IMG/VR virus record: IMGVR_UViG_3300045988_073597
Coordinates: 1-57,405 of that record
DNA length: 57,405 nucleotides
Source of the DNA: a virus
Strand: one strand, 5' to 3'
The notes under the pieces are model-generated. The model was not told the origin of the DNA. It was given only the letters and a program-made list of their open reading frames with translations, and searched no databases. The stretch's first letter is position 1. Each line of letters begins with the position of its first letter. The translations under genes and the position numbers were made by a program. Shown here one piece after another: positions 45,443 through 52,497 of the stretch.

Positions 45443-45810
45443 TCTAATTCATCAATCCTATTTTCAAGTATCACCACGCACTCTCTCATTTTCTTTCCGT
45501 CCTTTTCTGAAAGATAATCAACACCAGTAGTTCCTATTTTCCACGATATTTCTTTCAAGCGTTTGATCGCATTTTCAATTTTGTTATCGTCACGATTAAG
45601 CTCTTCACATAAGCACTTGGCAATATCTTTAAATGGCTGTGGGTGTTCCACTCTCTCTAACGCTTCTTCAAAGGTGTAATTCCCCTTGTAATCCATAATA
45701 ATGCCGACAGCTTCATGCTTTCCAATATTAACTCCTAAAAATCTGTCTGATACTGTGTTCCATATAGCATACAGATTGTCTACATCATCTTGCAATGCAA
45801 CTATTAGCAT
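45439..45810 (-). CDS. Hypothetical protein
   Basis: ATG at 45810 after AAGGAGTGAG. Confidence 0.55.
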   Translation of the reverse strand: MLIVALQDDVDNLYAIWNTVSDRFLGVNIGKHEAVGIIMDYKGNYTFEEALERVEHPQPFKDIAKCLCEELNRDDNKIENAIKRLKEISWKIGTTGVDYLSEKDGKKMRECVVILENRIDELE

Positions 45811-45830
45811 AATCTCACTCCTTGTTCTCA

Positions 45831-45995
45831 CTATTTGCTAGCTCTTTCGATTCTTCCGCAAAGATATTTTGAATGCGGTTCTTCTCCTAGAGTCGCACAG
45901 TCAATCATTTCCGGCTGGCTTTCCGATACGCTCCGGCTCTCCAAATCTCGCCACATATCTTTCTCTATGCTCTCAATTACTTCTGCCATGCTCAT
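45831..45995 (-). CDS. Small hypothetical protein (54 aa)
   Basis: Hand-translated MSMAEVIESIEKDMWRDLES... Confidence 0.3.
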   Translation of the reverse strand: MSMAEVIESIEKDMWRDLESRSVSESQPEMIDCATLGEEPHSKYLCGRIERASK

Positions 45996-46206
45996 TATAA
46001 TAAACCTTAAATCCTTTCATCGCATAACCAAAAACAGCCTTTTTCAATTCCTCATGGGTGGAATAGGCCTCTTTCAAAAGAATAGCCACGTCTTTTTTTC
46101 TGATCGCATAAATTCCAAACGGAATTTCTTTGCTCGCAATCTTCAAAACTCCCTTAAACTGCTCGTCGCCCATTTCATACAAGCTGTCTCCAACATTGAC
46201 TTTCAT
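45973..46206 (-). CDS. Hypothetical protein
   Basis: ATG at 46206 (MKVNVGDSLYEMGD...) overlapping the upstream stop (TAATG), with GGTGGA RBS. Confidence 0.5.
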   Translation of the reverse strand: MKVNVGDSLYEMGDEQFKGVLKIASKEIPFGIYAIRKKDVAILLKEAYSTHEELKKAVFGYAMKGFKVYYNEHGRSN

Positions 46207-46394
46207 TATTCCACCAACTTTCTGCCGCAGATAGGGCAATAATTGATTTTTATTGTGCCTGGGCAAAAACTATCTCCGGTGTCAATATACAACCAATGTC
46301 CCTCATCATCTTCAAAAATGAAGTCGTTTCCAGTTATTAATGCATTGAGATATTCTGATTTAGCATCAATTATTTTCTTGCAAAAATCACACAT
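46206..46394 (-). CDS. Zinc-ribbon-like small protein
   Basis: CDFC ... CPICGRKL Cys pairs. Confidence 0.5.
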   Translation of the reverse strand: MCDFCKKIIDAKSEYLNALITGNDFIFEDDEGHWLYIDTGDSFCPGTIKINYCPICGRKLVE

Positions 46395-46396
46395 TG

Positions 46397-46582
46397 CTAC
46401 TCCTTGAACAGCCCATCCGGCAGTTCTTCGCCTTTTACAACCATGTTGAAATACTTATTGGCTGTCGGTAAGCTGATCCCAATTTCTTTAGCTGCTTTAG
46501 ACATGCTCTTTGTACCTGTCAGAACTTCATCCAATCCTTTGTAGAATTTTTCCTTATCAATTCTCTTTACTCCCTGTGCCAT
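46397..46582 (-). CDS. Small HTH DNA-binding protein
   Basis: SMSKAAKEIGISLPTANKYF helix-turn-helix. Confidence 0.5.
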   Translation of the reverse strand: MAQGVKRIDKEKFYKGLDEVLTGTKSMSKAAKEIGISLPTANKYFNMVVKGEELPDGLFKE

Positions 46583-46758
46583 ATTTTGTTTCTCCTCTTC
46601 TGGTCAATAATCATTTGCATACACGCAACCAATATTCCGGCAACAAACGCAACAGCAGAAATATATATGCTCAATTCTCCTGTCTTGCATGCACAAAATG
46701 CTGTATTAACAGTCCATACTGCTATTAAAAGATACTTCGCAATTATAAATTTCTTCAT
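46567..46758 (-). CDS. Small two-TM membrane protein
   Basis: 63 aa, hydrophobic. Confidence 0.45.
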   Translation of the reverse strand: MKKFIIAKYLLIAVWTVNTAFCACKTGELSIYISAVAFVAGILVACMQMIIDQKRRNKIWHRE

Positions 46759-46981
46759 AATATCCTCATTTCTGGATATGATTCACACACTCAAAGGCTT
46801 ATTCAGCCAAACGCATTACAGCTTTTTGTGTGTCATTTCCTAGCTGATTGCCGTGCGCATAGCCAACCAACCTTGTTTTTGTGCGTTTCTTTTAGGTGAT
46901 TCATACACCCTTGCTGACTCTTTTATGCCAACGTCAAACATACACGAAGCACTGAGACCTCCTTACCGATCTTTGGTAAAA

Positions 46982-47071
46982 TGGAAAAGGTTGGAATTGA
47001 ACCAACAACGTTTACCACATGGGAACGGTTTTACAGACCGCTGTAGCACAACCAATAGCTACCTCTTTTCC
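46982..47071 (-). tRNA. tRNA-Tyr (anticodon GTA) with long variable arm
   Basis: Hand-folded. Acceptor ggaaaag/cttttcc, D stem gtag/ctac, anticodon stem gcggt/accgt, loop ctGTAaa, T arm gttgg-ttcaatt-ccaac. Confidence 0.75.
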
Positions 47072-47162
47072 GTGTGCATTTCTGCAAAAGCAGCATTTTT
47101 TTAATTCAAGTGGATTTCTGCCACCAACACTCTATCCGGTCGCTATCCGGAATATTTGAATG

Positions 47163-47345
47163 TAAGGACTTGCACCTTATTAGAGCCCATCTTCCAAGAA
47201 TCGAACTTGTCTTGCTTGTATATCGCAAGGTCACCAGACATCCGGAATCGAACCGGACTAAGCACTTTGCCATTCAACACCTACGGTTGCCACCAACGTC
47301 TGACATTCATCTACCAGCATTACCACTTGCAAGGCTTTGAACATT
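47163..47345 (-). other. Cluster of degenerate tRNA-like fragments (at least three T-arm-like hairpins without complete cloverleaves)
   Basis: T-arm-like elements: taagg-tgcaagt-cctta (47163-47180), caag-ttcgatt-cttg (47197-47214) and tccgg-ttcgatt-ccgga (47241-47257). I could not fold canonical anticodon or D arms around them. Confidence 0.4.
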
Positions 47346-47351
47346 GGTCAA

Positions 47352-47425
47352 TCGGAATGGTAGGATTCGAACCCACGACCAACTGTGTATAAGACAGGTG
47401 CGCTAACCAACTGCGCTACATTCCG
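47352..47425 (-). tRNA. tRNA-Ile (anticodon TAT)
   Basis: Hand-folded 74 nt. Acceptor cggaatg/cattccg, D stem gcgc/gcgc, anticodon loop ctTATac (27:43 C-U mismatch), T arm gtggg-ttcgaat-cctac. Confidence 0.7.
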
Positions 47426-47498
47426 ATACCGGGCAAATTTATTTTCGCCCGGTACAACACATATCAACAGAAAGGATTGAACTCTATGAAAAGTCCAA

Positions 47499-47569
47499 TG
47501 GCTGCAACAGGACTTGAACCTGTTCCTCCAAATGTGCGCGCTGTGTGCTTTCCGTTACACCATGCAGCC
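47499..47569 (-). pseudogene. tRNA-like element with intact acceptor, D and T arms but no foldable anticodon arm
   Basis: Acceptor ggctgca/tgcagcc, D stem gtgt/gcac and T arm acagg-ttcaagt-cctgt are intact. The region where the anticodon arm should be (cagcgcgcacatttgga) does not pair. Confidence 0.5.
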
Positions 47570-47622
47570 TTGTTTGCATACATTTCAGTGCGGTATGCAA
47601 GCGCACAACAAGAGGTGTAAAA

Positions 47623-47690
47623 ATAGGGATGCCACTCATGCCATCTGTCCGATGGCTAATCCCTACACAACATTTGACCGCTATGTAGGG
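47623..47690 (-). promoter_or_regulatory. Attenuator-like element: mutually exclusive hairpins, the 3' one followed by a U-run
   Basis: On the minus-strand RNA, ccctaca (47690-47684) can pair with tgtaggg (47667-47661). The overlapping tagggat (47665-47659) can instead pair with atcccta (47630-47624), which is followed by TTTTT. Confidence 0.4.
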
Positions 47691-47748
47691 CATATCTTTT
47701 ATAACAAGGAGAAATAAATATATGGGATTTTCGGATATACATCCCAAA

Positions 47749-47819
47749 CTAGGGTAATCGGAATCGAACCGATGACCACGGAGTCAAAATCCGTTGCGCT
47801 ACCACTGCGCCATACCCCA
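47749..47819 (-). tRNA. tRNA-Gln (anticodon TTG)
   Basis: Hand-folded. Acceptor tggggta/tacccta, D stem gcgc/gcgc, anticodon stem acgga/tccgt, loop ttTTGac, T arm atcgg-ttcgatt-ccgat. Confidence 0.75.
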
Positions 47820-47984
47820 CTAGCAAAACAATATATATGCTGCATTAAATGCAGAAATCACTGTCAAAGTTACCAACAAGAAAAATCCATTGTTTTTTTC
47901 GTTAGAATCACTTGCTGCTCCGGCGCCAATTAGCATCAGCAGACAAATTACTATGTTTGCGATAATCAAAAAGCATCTAATCAT
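47820..47984 (-). CDS. Small membrane protein (54 aa)
   Basis: Hand-translated MIRCFLIIANIVICLLMLIGAGAAS...; the stop abuts the tRNA-Gln 5' end. Confidence 0.35.
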   Translation of the reverse strand: MIRCFLIIANIVICLLMLIGAGAASDSNEKNNGFFLLVTLTVISAFNAAYILFC

Positions 47985-48132
47985 AATCTATGCCCTCCCA
48001 GTCTGGACATTCATGGAGATAATCTATAAAGTCAGCGCAGTAATCACTATTATCGTTTACACAAATCCAATCATCCTCTTGATCGGTTCTTGCAAACCTA
48101 CAATTACCACAATATTTTTCACCATCTGCCAT
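47977..48132 (-). CDS. Small Cys-rich protein (51 aa)
   Basis: Hand-translated MADGEKYCGNCRFARTDQEDDWICVNDNSDYC...; GGAGG RBS. Confidence 0.4.
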   Translation of the reverse strand: MADGEKYCGNCRFARTDQEDDWICVNDNSDYCADFIDYLHECPDWEGIDYD

Positions 48133-48457
48133 TTTTAAAGTCCTCCATCTCTTTTACGCTCATGCCTACAATCCCAGCCGAACCGTCAGAATCTGTATGT
48201 TTGAAAAACTCACCGTTCTGCGGCCACATGTAGCGGAACATCGCATAATTTGCCAAATCCAGAAGATACTCTGTGTTCTTTGTCTCTTTGAACTTCTCAA
48301 GACATTTTTCAATGCATCCCAGAGCGTCTACGTTTCCGGTAGAGAAGTTTTTGCTCGCCTTACCGTATTTGTAATATGACTGGCAAACAAGTGCTTTTCT
48401 TTTGTCATCAAACGTTTTTGAATAATCCGTCTTTAATATTTCATTAGTCACCGACAT
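48119..48457 (-). CDS. Hypothetical protein
   Basis: 112-aa ORF. Confidence 0.55.
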   Translation of the reverse strand: MSVTNEILKTDYSKTFDDKRKALVCQSYYKYGKASKNFSTGNVDALGCIEKCLEKFKETKNTEYLLDLANYAMFRYMWPQNGEFFKHTDSDGSAGIVGMSVKEMEDFKNGRW

Positions 48458-48617
48458 TTTCTCTATCCTCCCGGTGTTTTATCTGGCACGATACCATTTC
48501 ACGGATATTTGACCGTTCTACGTTGATTCCATGCCCTTGTCTGCATAATTCACATGTGAGAATCAATCCACACTGCGAACATTCATCAGTTATTCTTCTT
48601 CCGGCTAAGGTTACCAT
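48444..48617 (-). CDS. Small zinc-ribbon-like protein (57 aa)
   Basis: Hand-translated MVTLAGRRITDECSQCGLILTCELCRQGH...; ATGA overlap with the MazG-like gene. Confidence 0.4.
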   Translation of the reverse strand: MVTLAGRRITDECSQCGLILTCELCRQGHGINVERSNIREMVSCQIKHREDRENVGD

Positions 48618-48958
48618 CAGATATCTCCCTTTTTGCGATGCTGTGATTTCTCTGAATCAAATCCATCCGGGTAACGCTCCCACAGCTTTTTATTGTTCGT
48701 AATTGCAATTTCCTCAAGTGTGGTTCCTAAAGATTCAGCTATCAGTGCCAGATAGTACAGAACATCGCCACACTCTTTGATGTGATGCTCACGGTCAAAT
48801 GGATGCCCCTGGAACAATTCTTTTTTTATCAGATCTACCATTTCGCCAGATTCACCTGCTGCACCTAGTATGCCGTTCAGTAACATGTTTTCGTTATTCG
48901 CCTTGCAAATGTCACTAGCTGTTCTCATTACTCCTGTCTGAAATTCGTCAAATGTCAT
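48617..48958 (-). CDS. MazG-like nucleotide pyrophosphohydrolase
   Basis: GILGAAGESGEMVDLIKKELFQGHPFD...ECGDVLYYLALIAESLG is a typical MazG EEXX(E/D) helix pair. Confidence 0.75.
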   Translation of the reverse strand: MTFDEFQTGVMRTASDICKANNENMLLNGILGAAGESGEMVDLIKKELFQGHPFDREHHIKECGDVLYYLALIAESLGTTLEEIAITNNKKLWERYPDGFDSEKSQHRKKGDI

Positions 48959-48968
48959 TTTTTACACC

Positions 48969-49088
48969 TCATTTCCTTATGCATATACCCACGGTTCTTG
49001 CAATCGCATCAATAATGACTATTACCAGAAACCATGTCGGTAAATTTAATGTCGCAAATAAGTAAATCATCAAAATGTCTAATAACAT
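48969..49088 (-). CDS. Small membrane protein (39 aa)
   Basis: Hand-translated MLLDILMIYLFATLNLPTWFLVIVIIDAIAR...; GGAGGA RBS. Confidence 0.35.
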   Translation of the reverse strand: MLLDILMIYLFATLNLPTWFLVIVIIDAIARTVGICIRK

Positions 49089-49384
49089 GATATATCCTCC
49101 TAGTTGAAAAGGTCTTTTTGTTTTTGTCGAAATTTACGGGACTTAGTAGGGCGGTTTTTCTCAGCTTCTCCAACCCCCTCCCCGGTCCTTTGCTCTTAAT
49201 CTTGGCAACCGGACTATAATTGTTTGATATTCAAAAACAATTCATACAATTATTTTTTATTCCGTTCAACTATTCGCAAAAGCTCAGTTATACGAAGAGT
49301 TGAAAACGCTTGATAGCTTGAAACCCCTTGTATTTACTGGGTTTCTAAATTGTGTATGGTTTCACACAATTCAAAATGCTGTCG

Positions 49385-49990
49385 TTATTGGTTATCCTCT
49401 TCTAATTGTGTCTGATTATCACACAATTCAACGGGCTTTGTCTGTCCAAGGATTGGTAACTCTTCGACTTCTTGTGCCATTGGCTGCGTGTCTGCCTGTA
49501 CTGGGGCGGTCTCTGCCATGCCGTCAACAGCTTTACAAAGAAATATATAGCCTACGTTCCCAGCCGCCGCGCCTTTATAGCGTCCTAGCTTGCATTCTTC
49601 TTGCCACTTTTTGACCGTGTCCGAGCGAAATAGGCTTAATTTCTCGCAGTAATCATCTTTCCTGTGTTCTCCTCTCATCCATGTATACAGTGTATCTCTT
49701 GATATGCCAATTAATAAAGCATACTCTTCTATCGTTGGCTTTTGATTATACTTATATACAAGATCTGTATATATTTCCCATATGTCATTTAATAAATCTA
49801 TATCGCCATACATAGACTTATTTTTATAAAATCCCATATTGCGGTTTATATATTTTATCATCCCGGTAAATTGGCTAGAATTCTGTTTGTACAATTCTTC
49901 TGTATCTTTTAAACTGCTTTCGTATTCATCAGCATATACGTATATATTGCTTGTATATACTTCTGCGTTTCCTGCCTGTACTGTGTTCAT
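49385..49990 (-). CDS. Putative terminase small subunit/DNA-binding protein
   Basis: ATG at 49990 after AAAGGCGGTGAG; HTH-like TIEEYALLIGISRDTLYTWMRG; first gene after the candidate late promoter. The track ORF's N-terminal extension covers the leader. Confidence 0.45.
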   Translation of the reverse strand: MNTVQAGNAEVYTSNIYVYADEYESSLKDTEELYKQNSSQFTGMIKYINRNMGFYKNKSMYGDIDLLNDIWEIYTDLVYKYNQKPTIEEYALLIGISRDTLYTWMRGEHRKDDYCEKLSLFRSDTVKKWQEECKLGRYKGAAAGNVGYIFLCKAVDGMAETAPVQADTQPMAQEVEELPILGQTKPVELCDNQTQLEEDNQ

Positions 49991-50007
49991 GATCTCACCG
50001 CCTTTCC

Positions 50008-50045
50008 CTGGATAAATAAAAAAACGCCCGCAGATCTGTAAAAGA
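50008..50045 (-). terminator. Intrinsic terminator-like hairpin in the leader upstream of the terS-like gene
   Basis: Minus strand: cgctcacag-13 nt loop-ctgcgggcg (8 of 9 pairs) followed by TTTTTTT, ending about 18 nt before the ATG. Confidence 0.5.
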
Positions 50046-50163
50046 CCTGTGAGCGAATAGTTACTTTTTGCCGTCCCTGCTCTTTTCGTTTCCCCGCCAA
50101 TGCTTTCTCCATAATCGGCAGCTTGGAGCACTAAAACGGGGGCCACTTGAATTTCCTGAAATC

Positions 50164-50192
50164 AAGATAGCATTTATTTTTTAAACTGTCAA
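50164..50192 (-). promoter_or_regulatory. Sigma-70-type promoter candidate for the late operon
   Basis: Minus strand: TTGACA-17 nt-TATCTT. Confidence 0.45.
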
Positions 50193-50298
50193 TAACTTTT
50201 TACTATCACTACTCAGAGTTATTATTGTATACAATATACGCATATATTATTAAAATATAAATAAAAACAGACCGAAAAAACAGCCTGTTTTTAAAATT

Positions 50299-50487
50299 TT
50301 AAAATATTACATTTTTCAAAAAAAGTTCGATCTTTAAAATACTTCCGACCCTTTTTCCTGTTCTTTCGACGTTTACACGCATTTTTCGCGCGGCATTGTC
50401 TGGACTATGCGTAAAAATGAATTTTTCGCAGATACCGCCGTTTTCGGTCTTTACTGTGACCTTGTATACATTTTTCATTCGTTCCAT
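50299..50487 (-). CDS. Hypothetical protein
   Basis: 62-aa ORF. Confidence 0.45.
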   Translation of the reverse strand: MERMKNVYKVTVKTENGGICEKFIFTHSPDNAARKMRVNVERTGKRVGSILKIELFLKNVIF

Positions 50488-50515
50488 GCGCTTTACTCCT
50501 CTTCGTGATCCTGTT

Positions 50516-50767
50516 TTATTTCTTTGCTTTGTACAGATAATCGTAATCGCCTAAAGTATATGCTTTAAAATCTGCGACATACTTTTGTTCTTTGTCGCCT
50601 CTCTGGATCTCATCGGCAAATACTTTCGCTGCTTCCAGGTCCGAGAAAAGGCCAAAAGTCAAATCGTAATTTTTCCATTCTTCATATTCTTCGAATACTA
50701 TGAAGCCGCCGGCTTCCTCGGCTTGTTCCAAATCTATTTTGTATTTTTTAACGTCTTTCCATTTCAT
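50516..50767 (-). CDS. Hypothetical acidic protein
   Basis: 83-aa ORF. Confidence 0.5.
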   Translation of the reverse strand: MKWKDVKKYKIDLEQAEEAGGFIVFEEYEEWKNYDLTFGLFSDLEAAKVFADEIQRGDKEQKYVADFKAYTLGDYDYLYKAKK

Positions 50768-50853
50768 GCTTTTTTCTCCTTTTCTAATGCTTTCGTATAT
50801 TGTCTTTTGATAGTTTTATTGTATTCTATTATTAGAATATTGTCAAGACTTTT

Positions 50854-51081
50854 TTAATAATATTTTATTTTTTCTTCGTCTGTCGGTATCACTTCGACTA
50901 TATCTCCCGGCTGACATTTGCACATAATGCAAATTTTGTTTAAAGTTTCAAGAGTTATGCTTTTGCCAGCTTTTATATTTTGCGCTGTCTGCGCTGGCAG
51001 AAGTCTTTCTTTCTGTATCCTTGTTTGATTGTAGCCGCGTTTTTTAAGTTCTGCGAATACATCAATTTTATATTTTATCAT
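50854..51081 (-). CDS. XRE-family HTH regulator
   Basis: 75 aa; GYNQTRIQKERLLPAQTAQNIKAGKSITLETLNKIC; divergent from the plus-strand operon. Confidence 0.7.
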   Translation of the reverse strand: MIKYKIDVFAELKKRGYNQTRIQKERLLPAQTAQNIKAGKSITLETLNKICIMCKCQPGDIVEVIPTDEEKIKYY

Positions 51082-51153
51082 TTTCGCAATTCCTCCTTGT
51101 TTTTTTATAAAGTAACAATACCATCATGTGTGCGATTTGTCAATTTGAAAAAT

Positions 51154-51207
51154 ATTCTAATTTTTGAGTATTTTTGTATTGACATTATTCTAATTTTAGA
51201 GTATTAT
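51154..51207 (+). promoter_or_regulatory. Two 19-bp direct repeats (ATTCTAATTTT[T/A]GAGTATT) overlapping a TTGACA-17-TATTAT promoter
   Basis: Repeats at 51154-51172 and 51187-51205 (18/19 identical, 33 bp apart). -35 at 51179-51184 and -10 at 51202-51207. A related palindrome ATTCTA-TTAT-TAGAAT lies at 50823-50838. Confidence 0.55.
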
Positions 51208-51251
51208 ATAACCAAGTTAAGAAACACGAAAACAGATCAGGAGGAAATAAC

Positions 51252-51641
51252 ATGGAAACTTTAAAAATCGAAAACGGAAAAATTTATCGCACAAGTATAC
51301 TTTCAGAAAAAACAGATGTTTTTGAAATCTCTGATAAAATTCCTAAAAATTATTTTGTGTGGAATATCGGTAAAAATATGGGAACTGATAAATACATTCC
51401 AATATGTGAAGACTTACACCCGGAAGATAAAGACGACTACAGTATTAATCCGGCAACGCTTAAAGCTGTAAAGGTTACCCCGGAAGAATGTGAAAAATTA
51501 AGGAATTCCGCAAGCTGGGGAATAGGAAATCTTATACAAGCGCAAAAAGCCTTAAAAAGCAAACGACGCGGATATAACGCAGATCAGAAAAGAAAACATG
51601 CAGAAATTACAATAGATATTTTCAAAAGGCTTTGTGAATAG
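51252..51641 (+). CDS. Hypothetical protein (first gene of the plus-strand operon)
   Basis: 129-aa ORF with AGGAGGAAATAAC-ATG RBS. Confidence 0.65.
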   Translation: METLKIENGKIYRTSILSEKTDVFEISDKIPKNYFVWNIGKNMGTDKYIPICEDLHPEDKDDYSINPATLKAVKVTPEECEKLRNSASWGIGNLIQAQKALKSKRRGYNADQKRKHAEITIDIFKRLCE

Positions 51642-51725
51642 TCGAAACCGCCGCCCGGCGGTCTGTAGGAACTGCCCACCTGCACCGATGAGACAGGGCA
51701 CACAATGAAAGGATGGAAAAATATT

Positions 51726-51983
51726 ATGAGAAACGAAACAGCAGCAGAGAAAGAAAAAAGAGTGTTTGAATTTTATAAAAAGGATCTTGAAAGGATGGGG
51801 GAGGAAATGGGACATGTCAGAATGATCGTAATTGAATACGTTTGTAGCTTTCCCAAAATTAATCCGTACAAAATGGCAGCATCAATTGTTTTAAACGGGT
51901 TTAAAGTGGTTTTTGATGATTCCAGCATAAGCCAGAAAGAAAACGAAAAAAAGCGGAAAGCAGTTGAAAAGCTGGCAGCATAG
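51726..51983 (+). CDS. Hypothetical protein
   Basis: ATG at 51726 after AAAGGATGG (the track ORF starts at 51705). Confidence 0.5.
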   Translation: MRNETAAEKEKRVFEFYKKDLERMGEEMGHVRMIVIEYVCSFPKINPYKMAASIVLNGFKVVFDDSSISQKENEKKRKAVEKLAA

Positions 51984-52060
51984 CCGAAACGCTCCAGATC
52001 GGAGCGTCAGCCGTGGGACAGCCTCCCGGCTCTGATGATGGTAGGCTAGAAAGGGGAAAA

Positions 52061-52198
52061 ATGGATAGAGAAGAACGTCACAGCTTGGAAAGCATTGTAT
52101 TTGCTTATCTTGTCGGGGAAATGGGAATGGAGCCGATAAGAGCAAGAAAAACAGTTGAAAATATGACAGATGCAGAAATCGAAATTTTTTTTGAATAA
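52061..52198 (+). CDS. Small hypothetical protein
   Basis: ATG at 52061 after AAAGGGGAAAA (the track ORF starts at a GTG at 52013). Confidence 0.4.
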   Translation: MDREERHSLESIVFAYLVGEMGMEPIRARKTVENMTDAEIEIFFE

Positions 52199-52422
52199 TG
52201 GAGGATATGAAAATGAGAAAAATAAATATTGACATGTGGTATAATGACAAGCCGGAACAGGTGACAGGATTAGACATATATTTTAATGATTTAGTCGTCT
52301 TTTATTCCGGAAATCTTCGCATTTTTGGAAAAATTGTTGGTGATTATTACGCCGACAGCGTGCAAGACATAGAAAAAGCATTTCCACACCTTGCGAAATA
52401 TATTGAAAACTGTTTGAATTAG
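52198..52422 (+). CDS. Hypothetical protein
   Basis: 74-aa ORF with several candidate ATGs (52198, 52207, 52213) after GGAGGA. Confidence 0.5.
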   Translation: MEDMKMRKINIDMWYNDKPEQVTGLDIYFNDLVVFYSGNLRIFGKIVGDYYADSVQDIEKAFPHLAKYIENCLN

Positions 52423-52444
52423 CCGGATTTGTTCCGGCTTTTTG
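52421..52444 (+). terminator. Intrinsic terminator of the plus-strand operon
   Basis: agccgga-tttgt-tccggct followed by TTTT. Confidence 0.75.
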
Positions 52445-52467
52445 TCGTGCCGTCAATGGTTATTTTG

Positions 52468-52497
52468 CCCGGTTCGATTCCGGCGGGCGGTCTTTTT
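52468..52497 (+). other. Isolated tRNA T-arm-like fragment followed by a GC stretch and a T-run
   Basis: cccggTTCGATTccggcgggcggtcttttt. The 15-mer ccggttcgattccgg is identical to the T-arm-like element at 47242-47256 on the opposite strand. There is no upstream cloverleaf. Confidence 0.35.

Noticed and set aside
46853-47747. Track ORFs spanning the tRNA region (46853-47104, 47074-47340, 47156-47392, 47484-47747, 47514-47717)
   Set aside because: They overlap hand-folded tRNAs or tRNA-like elements, lack an RBS and have implausible translations.
44875-47819. Stop-codon reassignment with a phage-encoded suppressor tRNA, suggested by the in-frame TGA and a nearby tRNA array
   Set aside because: The readable anticodons are GTA, TAT and TTG, with no TCA, CTA or TTA. 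TGA terminates several tightly overlapping genes (ATGA junctions). The 1347-aa and 1719-aa structural ORFs are intact under the standard code.
49991-50146. N-terminal 52-aa extension of the terS-like ORF in the track
   Set aside because: The extension covers the predicted leader terminator hairpin and has no RBS. The ATG at 49990 has a proper Shine-Dalgarno sequence.
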